The notes under the pieces: model-generated
The model's database searches: none
What the model was told of the DNA's origin: nothing
What the model saw: only the letters and a program-made list of their open reading frames with translations
Made by a program: the position numbers and the translations under genes
Shown: piece after piece, positions 55,066 through 64,000 of the stretch
Position numbering within the stretch: the stretch's first letter is position 1
Layout: each line of letters opens with the position of its first letter
Assembly: GCA_018400295.1 (NCBI GenBank)
Contig: JAGYMZ010000004.1
Span: 10,803 to 74,802, forward strand
Source of the DNA: Bacteroidales bacterium
GTDB taxonomy: Bacteria; Bacteroidota; Bacteroidia; Bacteroidales; B18-G4
DNA: 64,000 bases
Reading direction: 5' to 3'

Positions 55066-55647
55066 ATGAATATCAAAAGATCACTGATTATTATCCTGGC
55101 CATGGGCTTCACAGCAAGTCTCTGTGCCCAGGATTTCGGAAAGGACTTCAGCAAAGAGGATGAAAAGCCTGCGCATATTGGGCGTTTTTTTACGGGGGGA
55201 GGGCTCGATTTCTGGATCGGTTCCAGGGAAGGGATCATTGCGGCTTCCCCGGTGATCGGATATCATATTTCCCGGGATTTTGATGCCGGGGTGCGGCTCA
55301 CCTATTCCTATTACTGGTATAACGATACGTATCTGAAATTTCATGAGCATAATTACGGGGGAGGGGTATTTGCACGGTATTATGTGTTTTTTCTCAGGGA
55401 TCTGTTTGTTCACGCCGAATATGAGTATCTGAGTTATGATGCCCCGACGATATACAAGGATCAGAGCGGCAACTATTATGTTGAAAAAGAAAGGATCCCC
55501 CTGCATAATATATATGTGGGCGGAGGGTATCGCCAATGGATATCAGCGCGTGCGTTTGTCAGCCTGATGGTGTTGTTTAACCTGAACGAGACCGAATATT
55601 ATTCCAACAACCCCATCCTTCGCATTGGTTTCGGTGTCGGACTTTAG
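55066..55647 (+). CDS. Small outer-membrane beta-barrel protein
   Basis: Signal MNIKRSLIIILAMGFTASLCAQD, alternating aromatic/glycine strands, and a C-terminal RIGFGVGL. Confidence 0.5.
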   Translation: MNIKRSLIIILAMGFTASLCAQDFGKDFSKEDEKPAHIGRFFTGGGLDFWIGSREGIIAASPVIGYHISRDFDAGVRLTYSYYWYNDTYLKFHEHNYGGGVFARYYVFFLRDLFVHAEYEYLSYDAPTIYKDQSGNYYVEKERIPLHNIYVGGGYRQWISARAFVSLMVLFNLNETEYYSNNPILRIGFGVGL

Positions 55648-57107
55648 TCTTTTCGGGGTATGCGTTTCAGCACTTCCAGGGTGAGGTCCCAGAATTTATC
55701 CACGGAGCGGATTTCGATCTTTTCATCCGGACTATGGGCTCCTTTTATCTCGGGTCCGTATGATATCATGTCCATATCCGGGTATTTGTCCCCGATCAGC
55801 CCGCATTCCAGTCCGGCATGCACGGCCAGCACTTCGGGATCTTCATTGAACAGTTCCTTATACACGTTTTCTGTCAGGGCCACGATCTCGGAACCGGGAT
55901 CCGGTGCCCAGCCGGGGTAACCGTCCGATTGCTTTATGTTGGCCCCGGTGAGCCGGAACACGCTGCTGACCATATTGCATACATCTTCCTTGGCGGATTC
56001 CACGGAGCTGCGCTGGCTTGTGGTTATAGAAACGGTGCCGTTTCCTGTTTTGACGGAGGCCAGGTTGGTGGATGTTTCCACGAAGTCCGGTATCTCCTGC
56101 GACATCGCGATCACACCGTGTGGACAGGCGTATACAGCCCGGATCAGCCTGTCCCTGGATTCGGCATCAAAAACATGGCCGGGCTGCGTGACCTTTTTTG
56201 TCTGGATGGCCAGTCCGGGTTCGGTGACATGCAATTCCCGGCGGATGTCTTCTTCGTATTTCTTCACCAGGGCTTGCAGTTCATTGCGCTTGCTTTCCGG
56301 AACGGTGACCACGGCAGCCGCTTCCCGTGCAATGGCATTGCGCAGGTTTCCGCCGTCAAAGACCGCCAGTTCCATCTCCAGGTTTTCCGTGGCATCCCAT
56401 AGTATGCGGTTCAATATCTTATTGGCATTCCCCCTTCCTTTGTTGATGTCGTCGCCGGAGTGGCCGCCCTTCAGTCCGGAAACCTTAATGCGGAAGGAAG
56501 CGTGGTTTTTTGGGGGGGGTACTTTCCGGCAGGCCATTTCGATAACGGTATCCCTGCCGCCGGCACAGCCGATGAACAGCTGCCCGTCATCTTCCGAGTC
56601 CAGGTTGAGCAGTATCTCGCCTTTCAGGAATCCGGGTTTCAGTCCGAAAGCACCGGTCAGACCGGTTTCTTCGTCGATGGTGAAGAGGCATTCGATGGGT
56701 CCGTGTTGGATGTCAACCGACTCCAGGATGGCCAGCTGTGTGGCTATCCCTATGCCATCGTCCGCCCCCAGGGTGGTTCCCCTGGCGGTTACCCAGCCGT
56801 TGTCGATATAAGCTTCTATGGGGTCTTTGTCGAAATCGTGTTCGGTATCTTCGTTCTTTTCGCATACCATATCGATATGGCTTTGCAGAATGACGGTTTT
56901 CATCTTTTCGTTGCCGGAAGTGGCCGGCTTGCGGATAAGAATGTTGCCGGTTTCATCCTGCAGGGTTTCCAGCCCGTGCTCCTGGCCGAAATCCAGGATA
57001 TACCGGGCGATCTTCTCTTCTTTTTTTGATGGTCGGGGTATTTTCAGGATCTCTCCGAAATAATGCCACAACCGTTCCGGCTTGAGTTGATAGATTTCTT
57101 CGTTCAT
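55644..57107 (-). CDS. pepD: Aminoacyl-histidine dipeptidase (Xaa-His dipeptidase, M20C)
   Basis: LQSHIDMV, GTTLGADDGIG, DEETGLTGA and the C-terminal PEIKGAHSPDE are PepD hallmarks. Confidence 0.9.
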   Translation of the reverse strand: MNEEIYQLKPERLWHYFGEILKIPRPSKKEEKIARYILDFGQEHGLETLQDETGNILIRKPATSGNEKMKTVILQSHIDMVCEKNEDTEHDFDKDPIEAYIDNGWVTARGTTLGADDGIGIATQLAILESVDIQHGPIECLFTIDEETGLTGAFGLKPGFLKGEILLNLDSEDDGQLFIGCAGGRDTVIEMACRKVPPPKNHASFRIKVSGLKGGHSGDDINKGRGNANKILNRILWDATENLEMELAVFDGGNLRNAIAREAAAVVTVPESKRNELQALVKKYEEDIRRELHVTEPGLAIQTKKVTQPGHVFDAESRDRLIRAVYACPHGVIAMSQEIPDFVETSTNLASVKTGNGTVSITTSQRSSVESAKEDVCNMVSSVFRLTGANIKQSDGYPGWAPDPGSEIVALTENVYKELFNEDPEVLAVHAGLECGLIGDKYPDMDMISYGPEIKGAHSPDEKIEIRSVDKFWDLTLEVLKRIPRKD

Positions 57108-57129
57108 AGGATCGATATTTTTGATGTTT

Positions 57130-57780
57130 TCAGGATGATTTCAGTTTGGCGATGGTTTTTTCGGGGTCTTCCGAGCCGAAGACGGTATTGCCGGCCACCA
57201 GCACATTGGCACCATGCCCGTAAAGGCTGGCGGCATTTTCCAGGGTAACGCCGCCGTCCACTTCTATCAGGGTATCCGTGCCCTGTTCGTCGATCATGCT
57301 TTTCAGCTGGCGGATCTTTTCATAGGTACGTGGAATAAAGGTTTGTCCTCCGTATCCGGGATTTACCGACATGATCAGCACCAGGTCCAGCGCTTCCAGG
57401 ATGTCGGAAAGCAGGGTAACCGGGGTGTGCGGATTGAGGACCACCCCGGCCTTGCATCCCAGCTGGCGAATGGCAGTCAGGGTACGGTGCAGGTGGATGG
57501 TGGCTTCGTAGTGTATACTGATCACGTAAGCACCGGCATTGGCAAAACGTTCCAGGTACCGGGCGGGGTCATGGATCATCAGGTGCACGTCCAGGGGCTT
57601 TTCTGTATATTTCCGGATGTGCTTGATCACCGGGAAGCCAAAGGATATGTTCGGCACGAACATACCGTCCATCACATCGATGTGGAACCAGTCTGCCTGA
57701 CTGCGGTTCACCATGTCGATGTCTTTTTTCAGTTCGGCAAAGTCGGCTGAAAGGAGTGAAGGGGCGACGAGGTGCTTCAT
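57130..57780 (-). CDS. rpe: Ribulose-phosphate 3-epimerase
   Basis: PSLLSADF, HIDVMDG.FVPN, DVHLM, MSVNPGYGGQ.F and VDGG are all present. Confidence 0.95.
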   Translation of the reverse strand: MKHLVAPSLLSADFAELKKDIDMVNRSQADWFHIDVMDGMFVPNISFGFPVIKHIRKYTEKPLDVHLMIHDPARYLERFANAGAYVISIHYEATIHLHRTLTAIRQLGCKAGVVLNPHTPVTLLSDILEALDLVLIMSVNPGYGGQTFIPRTYEKIRQLKSMIDEQGTDTLIEVDGGVTLENAASLYGHGANVLVAGNTVFGSEDPEKTIAKLKSS

Positions 57781-57884
57781 GGACTATGGATTTGAAGCCA
57801 AAAGTAATAAAAAACCGGAACACGGAGGTATTGTCGATGCTGAATTACGAGTGTTCGAAACACTTGTCATACTGAATTGCAGAT

Positions 57885-58745
57885 CTACAAATAGGTTTTC
57901 AGGATCTTGCTTCTGGAGGTATGTTTCAACCGGCGGATGGCTTTCTCTTTGATCTGGCGCACACGTTCCCGTGTCAAATCGAACCTTTCCCCGATCTCTT
58001 CCAGGGTCATGGGGTGTTTGCTGTTCAGTCCGAAATACAGGCGTATCACATCGGATTCCCTGGGGGTCAGGGTGGAAATGGCCCGGTCGATCTCTTTCCT
58101 GAGGGATTCATACATCAGCTCGGTTTCCGGGGTTGGCGATTCGTCATTTTTCAGGACATCGTACATGGTATTCTCTTCTTCCTGGATCAACGGGGCGTCC
58201 ATGGAAATATGCCTTCCCGAGTTTCGTATGGATTCTTTTACTTCCGTTTCTGTGAGGTCCAGCATGTTGGCAATTTCTTCCGCCTTGGGCTCTCTTTCCG
58301 AATCCTGTTCGAGTTTGGCGTATGCTTTGTTGATCTTATTGATGGAACCGATCTTGTTGAGGGGGAGGCGGACGATCCTGGATTGTTCGGCCAGTGCCTG
58401 GAGGATGGATTGGCGTATCCACCATACCGCATACGATATGAACTTGAACCCACGGGTTTCATCAAAGCGTTGTGCAGCCTTTATCAGTCCGAGGTTGCCT
58501 TCGTTGATCAGGTCGGGCAGACTGAGGCCCTGGTTCTGATATTGCTTGGAAACCGAAACAACAAACCGTAAATTGGCCTTTGTCAGCTTTTCAAGGGCAT
58601 TGCGATCCCCCTGCTTAATACGCTGGGCCAAAGCAACTTCTTCCTCCGCGGTCAAGAGCTCAACTTTCCCGATTTCCTGCAAATATTTATCGAGAGAGGC
58701 TGTTTCACGGTTGGTAACCTGCTTGGTAATTTTAAGTTGCCTCAT
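57885..58745 (-). CDS. rpoD: RNA polymerase primary sigma factor (Bacteroidota sigma-A)
   Basis: Regions 2-4 are present: [41 protein letters not shown], and [23 protein letters not shown]. The 286-aa length is typical of the phylum. Confidence 0.95.
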   Translation of the reverse strand: MRQLKITKQVTNRETASLDKYLQEIGKVELLTAEEEVALAQRIKQGDRNALEKLTKANLRFVVSVSKQYQNQGLSLPDLINEGNLGLIKAAQRFDETRGFKFISYAVWWIRQSILQALAEQSRIVRLPLNKIGSINKINKAYAKLEQDSEREPKAEEIANMLDLTETEVKESIRNSGRHISMDAPLIQEEENTMYDVLKNDESPTPETELMYESLRKEIDRAISTLTPRESDVIRLYFGLNSKHPMTLEEIGERFDLTRERVRQIKEKAIRRLKHTSRSKILKTYL

Positions 58746-58894
58746 AAAATCGTGTTGGTTATCATTCGTTTATAACATCAGATCAGCGCAAACCAGTTGC
58801 ATTCAGGTGTAAAACATCGCCCAAAATTTAAAAAAGCTGCTACGATTCAATGCATGGTATGATTGTACGAAAAAAGAAATATATTGGTTTCAAA

Positions 58895-61036
58895 TTATTC
58901 GTCTTTCGATGGCTTTGGCAACAGCACTTTGCGTGAAAGTTTCAGTTTTCCGGTTCTGCTGTCGATGCCAATGAGCTTAACCTCAATTTCATCGCCTTCA
59001 CTGAGCACTTCATCAACGGTTTTCAGCCTTCGCCATTCTATTTCCGATATATGGAGCAGCCCGTCTTTACCGGGAAGGATCTCAACGAAGGCACCGAAGT
59101 TCACGATGGATTTGACTTTGCCGGTGTATACCTTGCCCACTTCCGGTACGGCAATGATCTTGTTTATCCATGCCCGGGCTTTGTCGATGGACTCCTTGTC
59201 GGTGGAAACGATATCAACGACACCATATTCCCCTTCTTCCTCCACAACGATGGTTGTACCGGTTTCTCTCTGGATTTCCTGAATGACTTTACCGGCAGGC
59301 CCGATAATGGCGCCGATAAATTCGCGGTTCACGATCAGTTTTTCCATCCGGGGTACCTGTGGCTTATAATCTTCCCTCGGTTCGGCGATGGTTTCGGCCA
59401 TCTTATCAAGTATGAACAACCTGCCTTTGCGTGCCTGTTCCAGGGCTTCTTCCATGACGGTATATGAAAGGCCTTCCACTTTGATGTCCATCTGGCATGC
59501 AGTGATGCCATCCCGGGTGCCGGTCACCTTGAAGTCCATATCGCCCAGGTGGTCTTCATCACCCAAAATATCGGAAAGAACGGCATGCTTCCCGCTTTCC
59601 TGGTCTGTGATGAGCCCCATGGCGATGCCGGATACCGGCTTGGATATCTTGACACCGGCATCCATAAGCGCCAGGGTACCTCCGCAAACGGTGGCCATGG
59701 AGGAGGATCCGTTGGATTCGAGGATATCCGAAACCAGGCGTATGGTATAGGGGTTGGTATCGTCATCCTGCGGGACAACAGGTTTGAGTGCCCGCATGGC
59801 GAGGTTGCCGTGGCCTACTTCCCTGCGGCTGGTACCCCTTATGGGTTTGGCTTCCCCTGTGGAGAAGCCGGGGAAGTTATAATGCAGGATAAAGTCGCTG
59901 GTCCCTTCAAAGACGGCTCCATCGATGACCTGCTCATCCAGTTTGGTCCCCAGGGTGGCGGTGACAAGTGCCTGTGTTTCGCCGCGGGTGAAAAGGGCTG
60001 AACCGTGAGCAGAAGGCAGGTAGTCCACTTCACACCAGATGTCGCGTATCTCATCGGGTTTACGGCCGTCGAGGCGGATTTTTTTGTCGAGGACCATGGT
60101 GCGGATCAGCGTTTTTTTCATGTCGCTGTAATAGCCGGAAGCCAGTTTTGCCTTTTCTTCACGCTCCTCTTCCGGCATTTGTTCCAGAAATTCTTCCAGT
60201 ATCGCATTCAGTGCATCGCTGCGTTCCTGTTTGTTTTTGATCAGGGAGTGGATGACTTTTTCTGCCTTGTCCCTGGTTTCTTTTATGAGCTTCTGTTCGA
60301 GCGCTTCATCCGCTTCGTCTCCTTCATATTCACGCTTCACTTTCGATTTTTCAACCTGGGCGGCCAGGTCGAGCTGGGCCTGGCACTGCACCTTAATGGC
60401 TGCATGCGCTATTTTTATGGCTTCCAGCATATCTTTTTCCGGCACTTCCTTCATCTCGCCTTCCACCATAACGATGTTTTCCATGGTGGCAGCAACCATC
60501 AGGTCGAGTTCAGCCGATTCCAGCTCGGTAATGCTTGGGTTGACCATCAATTTGCCGTTTACTTTGGCGATGCGTACCTCGGAAAGCGGCCCCTTAAATG
60601 GAATATCCGACACGGCCAGGGCAGAAGAGGCTGCCAGGGCGGCCAGGGCATCGGGTGCCACGTCTTTGTCGCCCGAAATAAGCGTGATGATCACCTGGAT
60701 ATCCGAACGATAATCGTCCGGAAATAAGGGACGTATGGCGCGATCTACCAGTCGCGCTATCAGTATCTCGTATTCTGACGGCCGTGCTTCACGTTTGAAA
60801 AAACCGCCCGGGAATTTTCCGGTCGCTGCATACTTTTCCTTGTATTCAACTGTTAAGGGAAGGAAATCCACATTATCCCTGGCTTCCTTGTTGGAAACGA
60901 CAGTGGCCAGCAGCATGGTGTTGCCCATTCTGACAATAACCGCACCATCGGCCTGCCTGGCCAAACGTCCGGTTTCTATGGAAATCGTTTTACCATATCC
61001 CAGGTCTAACGATTTCGTAATACCTTTTTCGATCAT
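58895..61036 (-). CDS. pnp: Polyribonucleotide nucleotidyltransferase (PNPase)
   Basis: Two RNase PH domains (GRREVGHG, GSSSMA..CG), a KH domain ([12 protein letters not shown]) and an S1 domain ([20 protein letters not shown]). Confidence 0.97.
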   Translation of the reverse strand: MIEKGITKSLDLGYGKTISIETGRLARQADGAVIVRMGNTMLLATVVSNKEARDNVDFLPLTVEYKEKYAATGKFPGGFFKREARPSEYEILIARLVDRAIRPLFPDDYRSDIQVIITLISGDKDVAPDALAALAASSALAVSDIPFKGPLSEVRIAKVNGKLMVNPSITELESAELDLMVAATMENIVMVEGEMKEVPEKDMLEAIKIAHAAIKVQCQAQLDLAAQVEKSKVKREYEGDEADEALEQKLIKETRDKAEKVIHSLIKNKQERSDALNAILEEFLEQMPEEEREEKAKLASGYYSDMKKTLIRTMVLDKKIRLDGRKPDEIRDIWCEVDYLPSAHGSALFTRGETQALVTATLGTKLDEQVIDGAVFEGTSDFILHYNFPGFSTGEAKPIRGTSRREVGHGNLAMRALKPVVPQDDDTNPYTIRLVSDILESNGSSSMATVCGGTLALMDAGVKISKPVSGIAMGLITDQESGKHAVLSDILGDEDHLGDMDFKVTGTRDGITACQMDIKVEGLSYTVMEEALEQARKGRLFILDKMAETIAEPREDYKPQVPRMEKLIVNREFIGAIIGPAGKVIQEIQRETGTTIVVEEEGEYGVVDIVSTDKESIDKARAWINKIIAVPEVGKVYTGKVKSIVNFGAFVEILPGKDGLLHISEIEWRRLKTVDEVLSEGDEIEVKLIGIDSRTGKLKLSRKVLLPKPSKDE

Positions 61037-61071
61037 AATATGAAATAAAATTATTGAGTGTAATCCAGGAA

Positions 61072-61103
61072 AAGTACAAAAAAAGGCAATTTTTTAATTG
61101 CCT
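61072..61103 (-). terminator. Intrinsic terminator/attenuator hairpin between rpsO and pnp
   Basis: The minus strand reads AGGCAATT-AAAA-AATTGCCT followed by a T7 run, starting 26 nt after the rpsO stop. The rpsO-pnp intergenic hairpin is a well-known arrangement. Confidence 0.6.
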
Positions 61104-61128
61104 CTTCAAACCGGTTGAAAAAAATATG

Positions 61129-61398
61129 TTATTTCCGGATGCCCAGTTTTTTAATAATGGCACGGTATCTTTCAATATCCTTTTTCTTAAGGTAATCCAG
61201 GAGCTTTCTCCTTTTACCTACCAGGAGAACCAACGATCGCCGGGTGCTGAGGTCTTTCTTGTTCTGTTTTAAGTGCTCTGTTAAATGCTTGATCCTAAAT
61301 GTAAATAAGGAAACTTGCCCCTCAGGAGAACCCGTATCGAATTCGGACTTGCCGTAGTCTTTGAAGATTTCTTTCTTTTTTTCTGACGTTAAGTACAT
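61129..61398 (-). CDS. rpsO: 30S ribosomal protein S15
   Basis: MYLTSEKKKEIFKDYGKSEFDTGSPEGQV...HLTEHLK.NKKD..SRR.L...VGKRR.LL.YL. Start at cat 61396-61398; the longer ORF to 61446 is an extension. Confidence 0.95.
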   Translation of the reverse strand: MYLTSEKKKEIFKDYGKSEFDTGSPEGQVSLFTFRIKHLTEHLKQNKKDLSTRRSLVLLVGKRRKLLDYLKKKDIERYRAIIKKLGIRK

Positions 61399-61482
61399 TT
61401 TCTGGTCTTTAAATGTTTCCAATTTTTCGGCCTGCAAAGATAGCAAGACTTTTTAATTAAAGCAATTATAATAAGAGAAAAT

Positions 61483-62685
61483 TTAGAACGACCATTTTAG
61501 CCGGATATAGGCCAGTTTGCCGTAATCGCCGAATTCTGTACCCCCCTCACCATAAAACAGCTGTCCCAGGATCAGCAGGCCGATATTCTGTGTCAGGGAG
61601 AAGTCGACCGAAGGGCCGATAAAGCAGGATCCATCGCTGGGATTGAACATCCCCGATACATCGGTTTTGATCAGCGGGGTGATGCGGCATGATACCAGGC
61701 CGAAGACCGAGTACCTGGCCAGGGTGAAATTTTTGGCAGAGATGTTGCGGTTGTGGCTGAATAAGTTTTCGCCATATCCTGCCTTGCCTGTTGTCCCTTT
61801 GGAATTGTATAGGCCGGAGACCTGAACGTACCATTTGTTCATGGTATAATTGGCCCCGATGGAGGCCACAAGCCGTCCGGTGGAATCTGTGAAATTTTCC
61901 GTGGAATGGAACCAGGTCATTTCCCCGTTGAATCCGGCGCCTTTGATCTGACCGGACCAGCCCATGCCCAGCACTGCATCGTCTTTCATGACGCCCCCCA
62001 GAAACTGGAGGTCGTAATTCCGGACCAGGAACTGATACATTCCGGCAGCCGTGATGTCGTGGTTATGGTCCAACTTGACCGCCGCCTGGGCGGATGAAGC
62101 CGGGGAGGTATGGTATTGCAGGAAAACGGCATCGCATCCCGGGCGTTCCACATAATCGAAATCGAAATAATTAAAGGTATTGAAGATATCGTTGGGTGTC
62201 CATACCCGGTTGATGCCCCAGTTTATACGCTGCCGGCCGATGGTGGCTTCAAAATTGTTTCTGGTGAATGCTGCATTGGCACGGTCGACGGTGGAATATA
62301 TGAAATACGAGTACTCATCGGCTATGCTGAAGGTCAGGTCGGCGAACCCCTGGTCATCCACTACGATATCGTGATAACCGGGGGTATTGTAATGTTGTGC
62401 CTGGGCATTGGCATACTCGATGATCTGTCCGTAATTCAGGATGTTCCGCATGCCGGCATGCATGCGGAGCCAGCTTTTGGGATACCACCGGAAGTCGAGG
62501 CGGTTGCTTATGGTACTCATGGTGAACCATGTATCTTCAAATCCCGGTTCATCCAGCAGGTCTATCGCCACCATTTGCAGGTCCTGCAGGTGACCGGTGA
62601 GTGACCACGGACGGGGTTTGTCTTTGCCTCCGGCAGCGGTGGCCAGGGGACTGGCCAGCATCAGGAATAGAATGACCTTTTTCAT
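61483..62685 (-). CDS. Outer-membrane beta-barrel protein (porin-like), function unknown
   Basis: Signal MKKVILFLMLASPLATAAG, alternating strand pattern, and a terminal ...IRLKWSF with a C-terminal Phe typical of OMPs. It overlaps the upstream ABC ATPase gene by 4 nt. Confidence 0.55.
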   Translation of the reverse strand: MKKVILFLMLASPLATAAGGKDKPRPWSLTGHLQDLQMVAIDLLDEPGFEDTWFTMSTISNRLDFRWYPKSWLRMHAGMRNILNYGQIIEYANAQAQHYNTPGYHDIVVDDQGFADLTFSIADEYSYFIYSTVDRANAAFTRNNFEATIGRQRINWGINRVWTPNDIFNTFNYFDFDYVERPGCDAVFLQYHTSPASSAQAAVKLDHNHDITAAGMYQFLVRNYDLQFLGGVMKDDAVLGMGWSGQIKGAGFNGEMTWFHSTENFTDSTGRLVASIGANYTMNKWYVQVSGLYNSKGTTGKAGYGENLFSHNRNISAKNFTLARYSVFGLVSCRITPLIKTDVSGMFNPSDGSCFIGPSVDFSLTQNIGLLILGQLFYGEGGTEFGDYGKLAYIRLKWSF

Positions 62686-63386
62686 GATCTGCGGTTCTTT
62701 TCCACTGTCTGGTCTTTTACGATTTTTCCATCTTCAATGGTTATGATCCTCCGGGCCTTGTCCACCACCCGCTGATCGTGGGTGGAAAAAACAAAGGTTG
62801 CACTGGAATCCTCGTTCATTTTCAGCATGATGTCAAGAAGTTCGCTGGTAGATTTGGAATCCAGGTTGGCCGTGGGCTCGTCGGCCAGGATGAATTCAGG
62901 CCGGGGGGCCAGGGCCCTGGCCACGGCCACGCGTTGCTGCTGTCCGCCCGAGAGGTTGCCCGGCCGGTGGACCATTTTGGACGCGTCGATCCTGACTGCG
63001 CTGAGTAGTGCTTTGGCCCGGGCCGTCCTTTTTTTCTTGTCCCACCCCTGCAGCTGCATGATGAACATCACGTTTTCAATGGCTGTCAGGACGGGGATCA
63101 GATTGAAGGCCTGGAAAATGAACCCGATGTTCTTCAGCCGGAAATCGATCAGCTGCCTGGATCTGAGTTCACTGAGCTTTTTCCCGTTGATGAATACTTC
63201 TCCTTCCGTGGGCTTGTCGAGGCCCCCGATCATGTTCAGCAGGGTGGTCTTGCCCGATCCGGAAGGTCCGACGATGGCTGTGAACTCGCCTTTTTCTATG
63301 GTAAGGTCCACTCCGTTGACGGCATGTACCGGGACCCTGGTTTCATGATAGATTTTGTGCAGGTTGTTGACTTCGATGACTGCCAT
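62682..63386 (-). CDS. ABC transporter ATP-binding protein (LolD/MacB-type)
   Basis: GPSGSGKTTLLN, LSGGQQQRVAVARAL and ILADEPTANLD, with a 234-aa length typical of the FtsE/LolD subfamily. Confidence 0.85.
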   Translation of the reverse strand: MAVIEVNNLHKIYHETRVPVHAVNGVDLTIEKGEFTAIVGPSGSGKTTLLNMIGGLDKPTEGEVFINGKKLSELRSRQLIDFRLKNIGFIFQAFNLIPVLTAIENVMFIMQLQGWDKKKRTARAKALLSAVRIDASKMVHRPGNLSGGQQQRVAVARALAPRPEFILADEPTANLDSKSTSELLDIMLKMNEDSSATFVFSTHDQRVVDKARRIITIEDGKIVKDQTVEKNRRS

Positions 63387-63402
63387 GTGTTTGTGTTTTA
63401 TT

Positions 63403-64000
63403 TCAGTTTTTTATGATCTTTTGTGTGTTGATTGTGTGCCCGTTTTCCGTCAGGATTCGTAGGATATACATGCCCTTTGGCAGGTCCGGTATGACAATTT
63501 TATGTGTTCCTCCGCCTGCCAGGTGTGTTTGCATAACCCGTTGCCCCTGCATGTTTATGAATTCCACCTGTGTTGGTCCTTTGCTTTCCGGAAGGGTTGC
63601 CTGTACGAAGTCCTGCGCCGGGTTGGGCCATACCCTGAACGAGGGCCGTTCCGGGTCGCCGGTGGAGACCGGATCGCTGAAAAGCACCCTGTACAGGTTA
63701 TAGTACAGCATATAATCAATCCCGTTGTAGTTTCCCGGGAATGCGGTTTGTGTTTCCCCGCGGCGTTCCGGGTGTATGGTCCGGGAGGTGGATGACCATT
63801 CCCAGTTGGGATAAAGGGAATCGTTATAGTTGTAAGGGCCTTCTTCCGGTGCCAGTTCCAGCAAATATTCATAATATCCTTCCGGATCGTTGTAAAATAC
63901 CGTATCGGGGGGTAAAAAGCTCATCAGGTAGTTGTTCCCGTCAAAGACCAGCTGATGCAGCATGGGTATCCAGCCGAAATCCTGTCCTTGTGAACGGGGG
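63403..64000 (-). CDS. Secreted protein with T9SS C-terminal sorting domain (C-terminal part; the gene continues past the right edge)
   Basis: The C-terminal FRVWPNPAQDFVQATL...GMYILRILTENGHTINTQKIIK is a Por-secretion CTD. The reading frame stays open to the window end. Confidence 0.7.
   Translation of the reverse strand, partial: PRSQGQDFGWIPMLHQLVFDGNNYLMSFLPPDTVFYNDPEGYYEYLLELAPEEGPYNYNDSLYPNWEWSSTSRTIHPERRGETQTAFPGNYNGIDYMLYYNLYRVLFSDPVSTGDPERPSFRVWPNPAQDFVQATLPESKGPTQVEFINMQGQRVMQTHLAGGGTHKIVIPDLPKGMYILRILTENGHTINTQKIIKN

Noticed and set aside
56506-56519. T6 followed by G8 homopolymer (C8A6 on the coding strand) inside pepD as a possible phase-variation tract
   Set aside because: The gene is in frame across the tract (it encodes ...KVPPPKNH...) and is a housekeeping peptidase. 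A single sequence gives no evidence of length variation.

Overview
This 64 kb window is a chromosomal segment of a Bacteroidota-type genome. That assignment rests on several T9SS C-terminal sorting domains, a GWxTD protein, a short 286-aa sigma-A, and tight gene packing without obvious Shine-Dalgarno sites. Most of it is housekeeping: dnaA, rpoD, pnp, rpsO, rpe, prmC, aroQ, fabG, pepD, galM with an SGLT-type transporter, and two tRNA-Ser genes.

Four regions stand out.
1. A 3.5 kb AT-richer stretch lies directly downstream of tRNA-Ser(CGA). It holds only broken accessory genes: a type I RM hsdM, an AlbA_2/HATPase_c_4 gene and an IS21 istB, each with an internal deletion, plus the IS21 right end.
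2. A co-directional non-classical glycogen cluster contains a GDE-type debrancher, a GT4, a GH57 with a FliG_C-like C-terminal tail, an SDR, and a 1407-aa GT3 glycogen synthase fused to a GT35 alpha-glucan phosphorylase.
3. A phosphate-uptake locus (PiT, porin, lipoprotein, Na/Pi symporter) has a perfect 9+6+9 palindrome in its divergent promoter.
4. A sucrose-phosphate-synthase-like GT4 is translationally coupled to a uridine-kinase-like P-loop protein.

An exact 21-bp direct repeat occurs at 12291 and 32351. I found no CRISPR array, no intact defence system and no intact mobile element. All calls come from reading the translations and the sequence by eye. No database search was run, so family names are motif-level recognitions.
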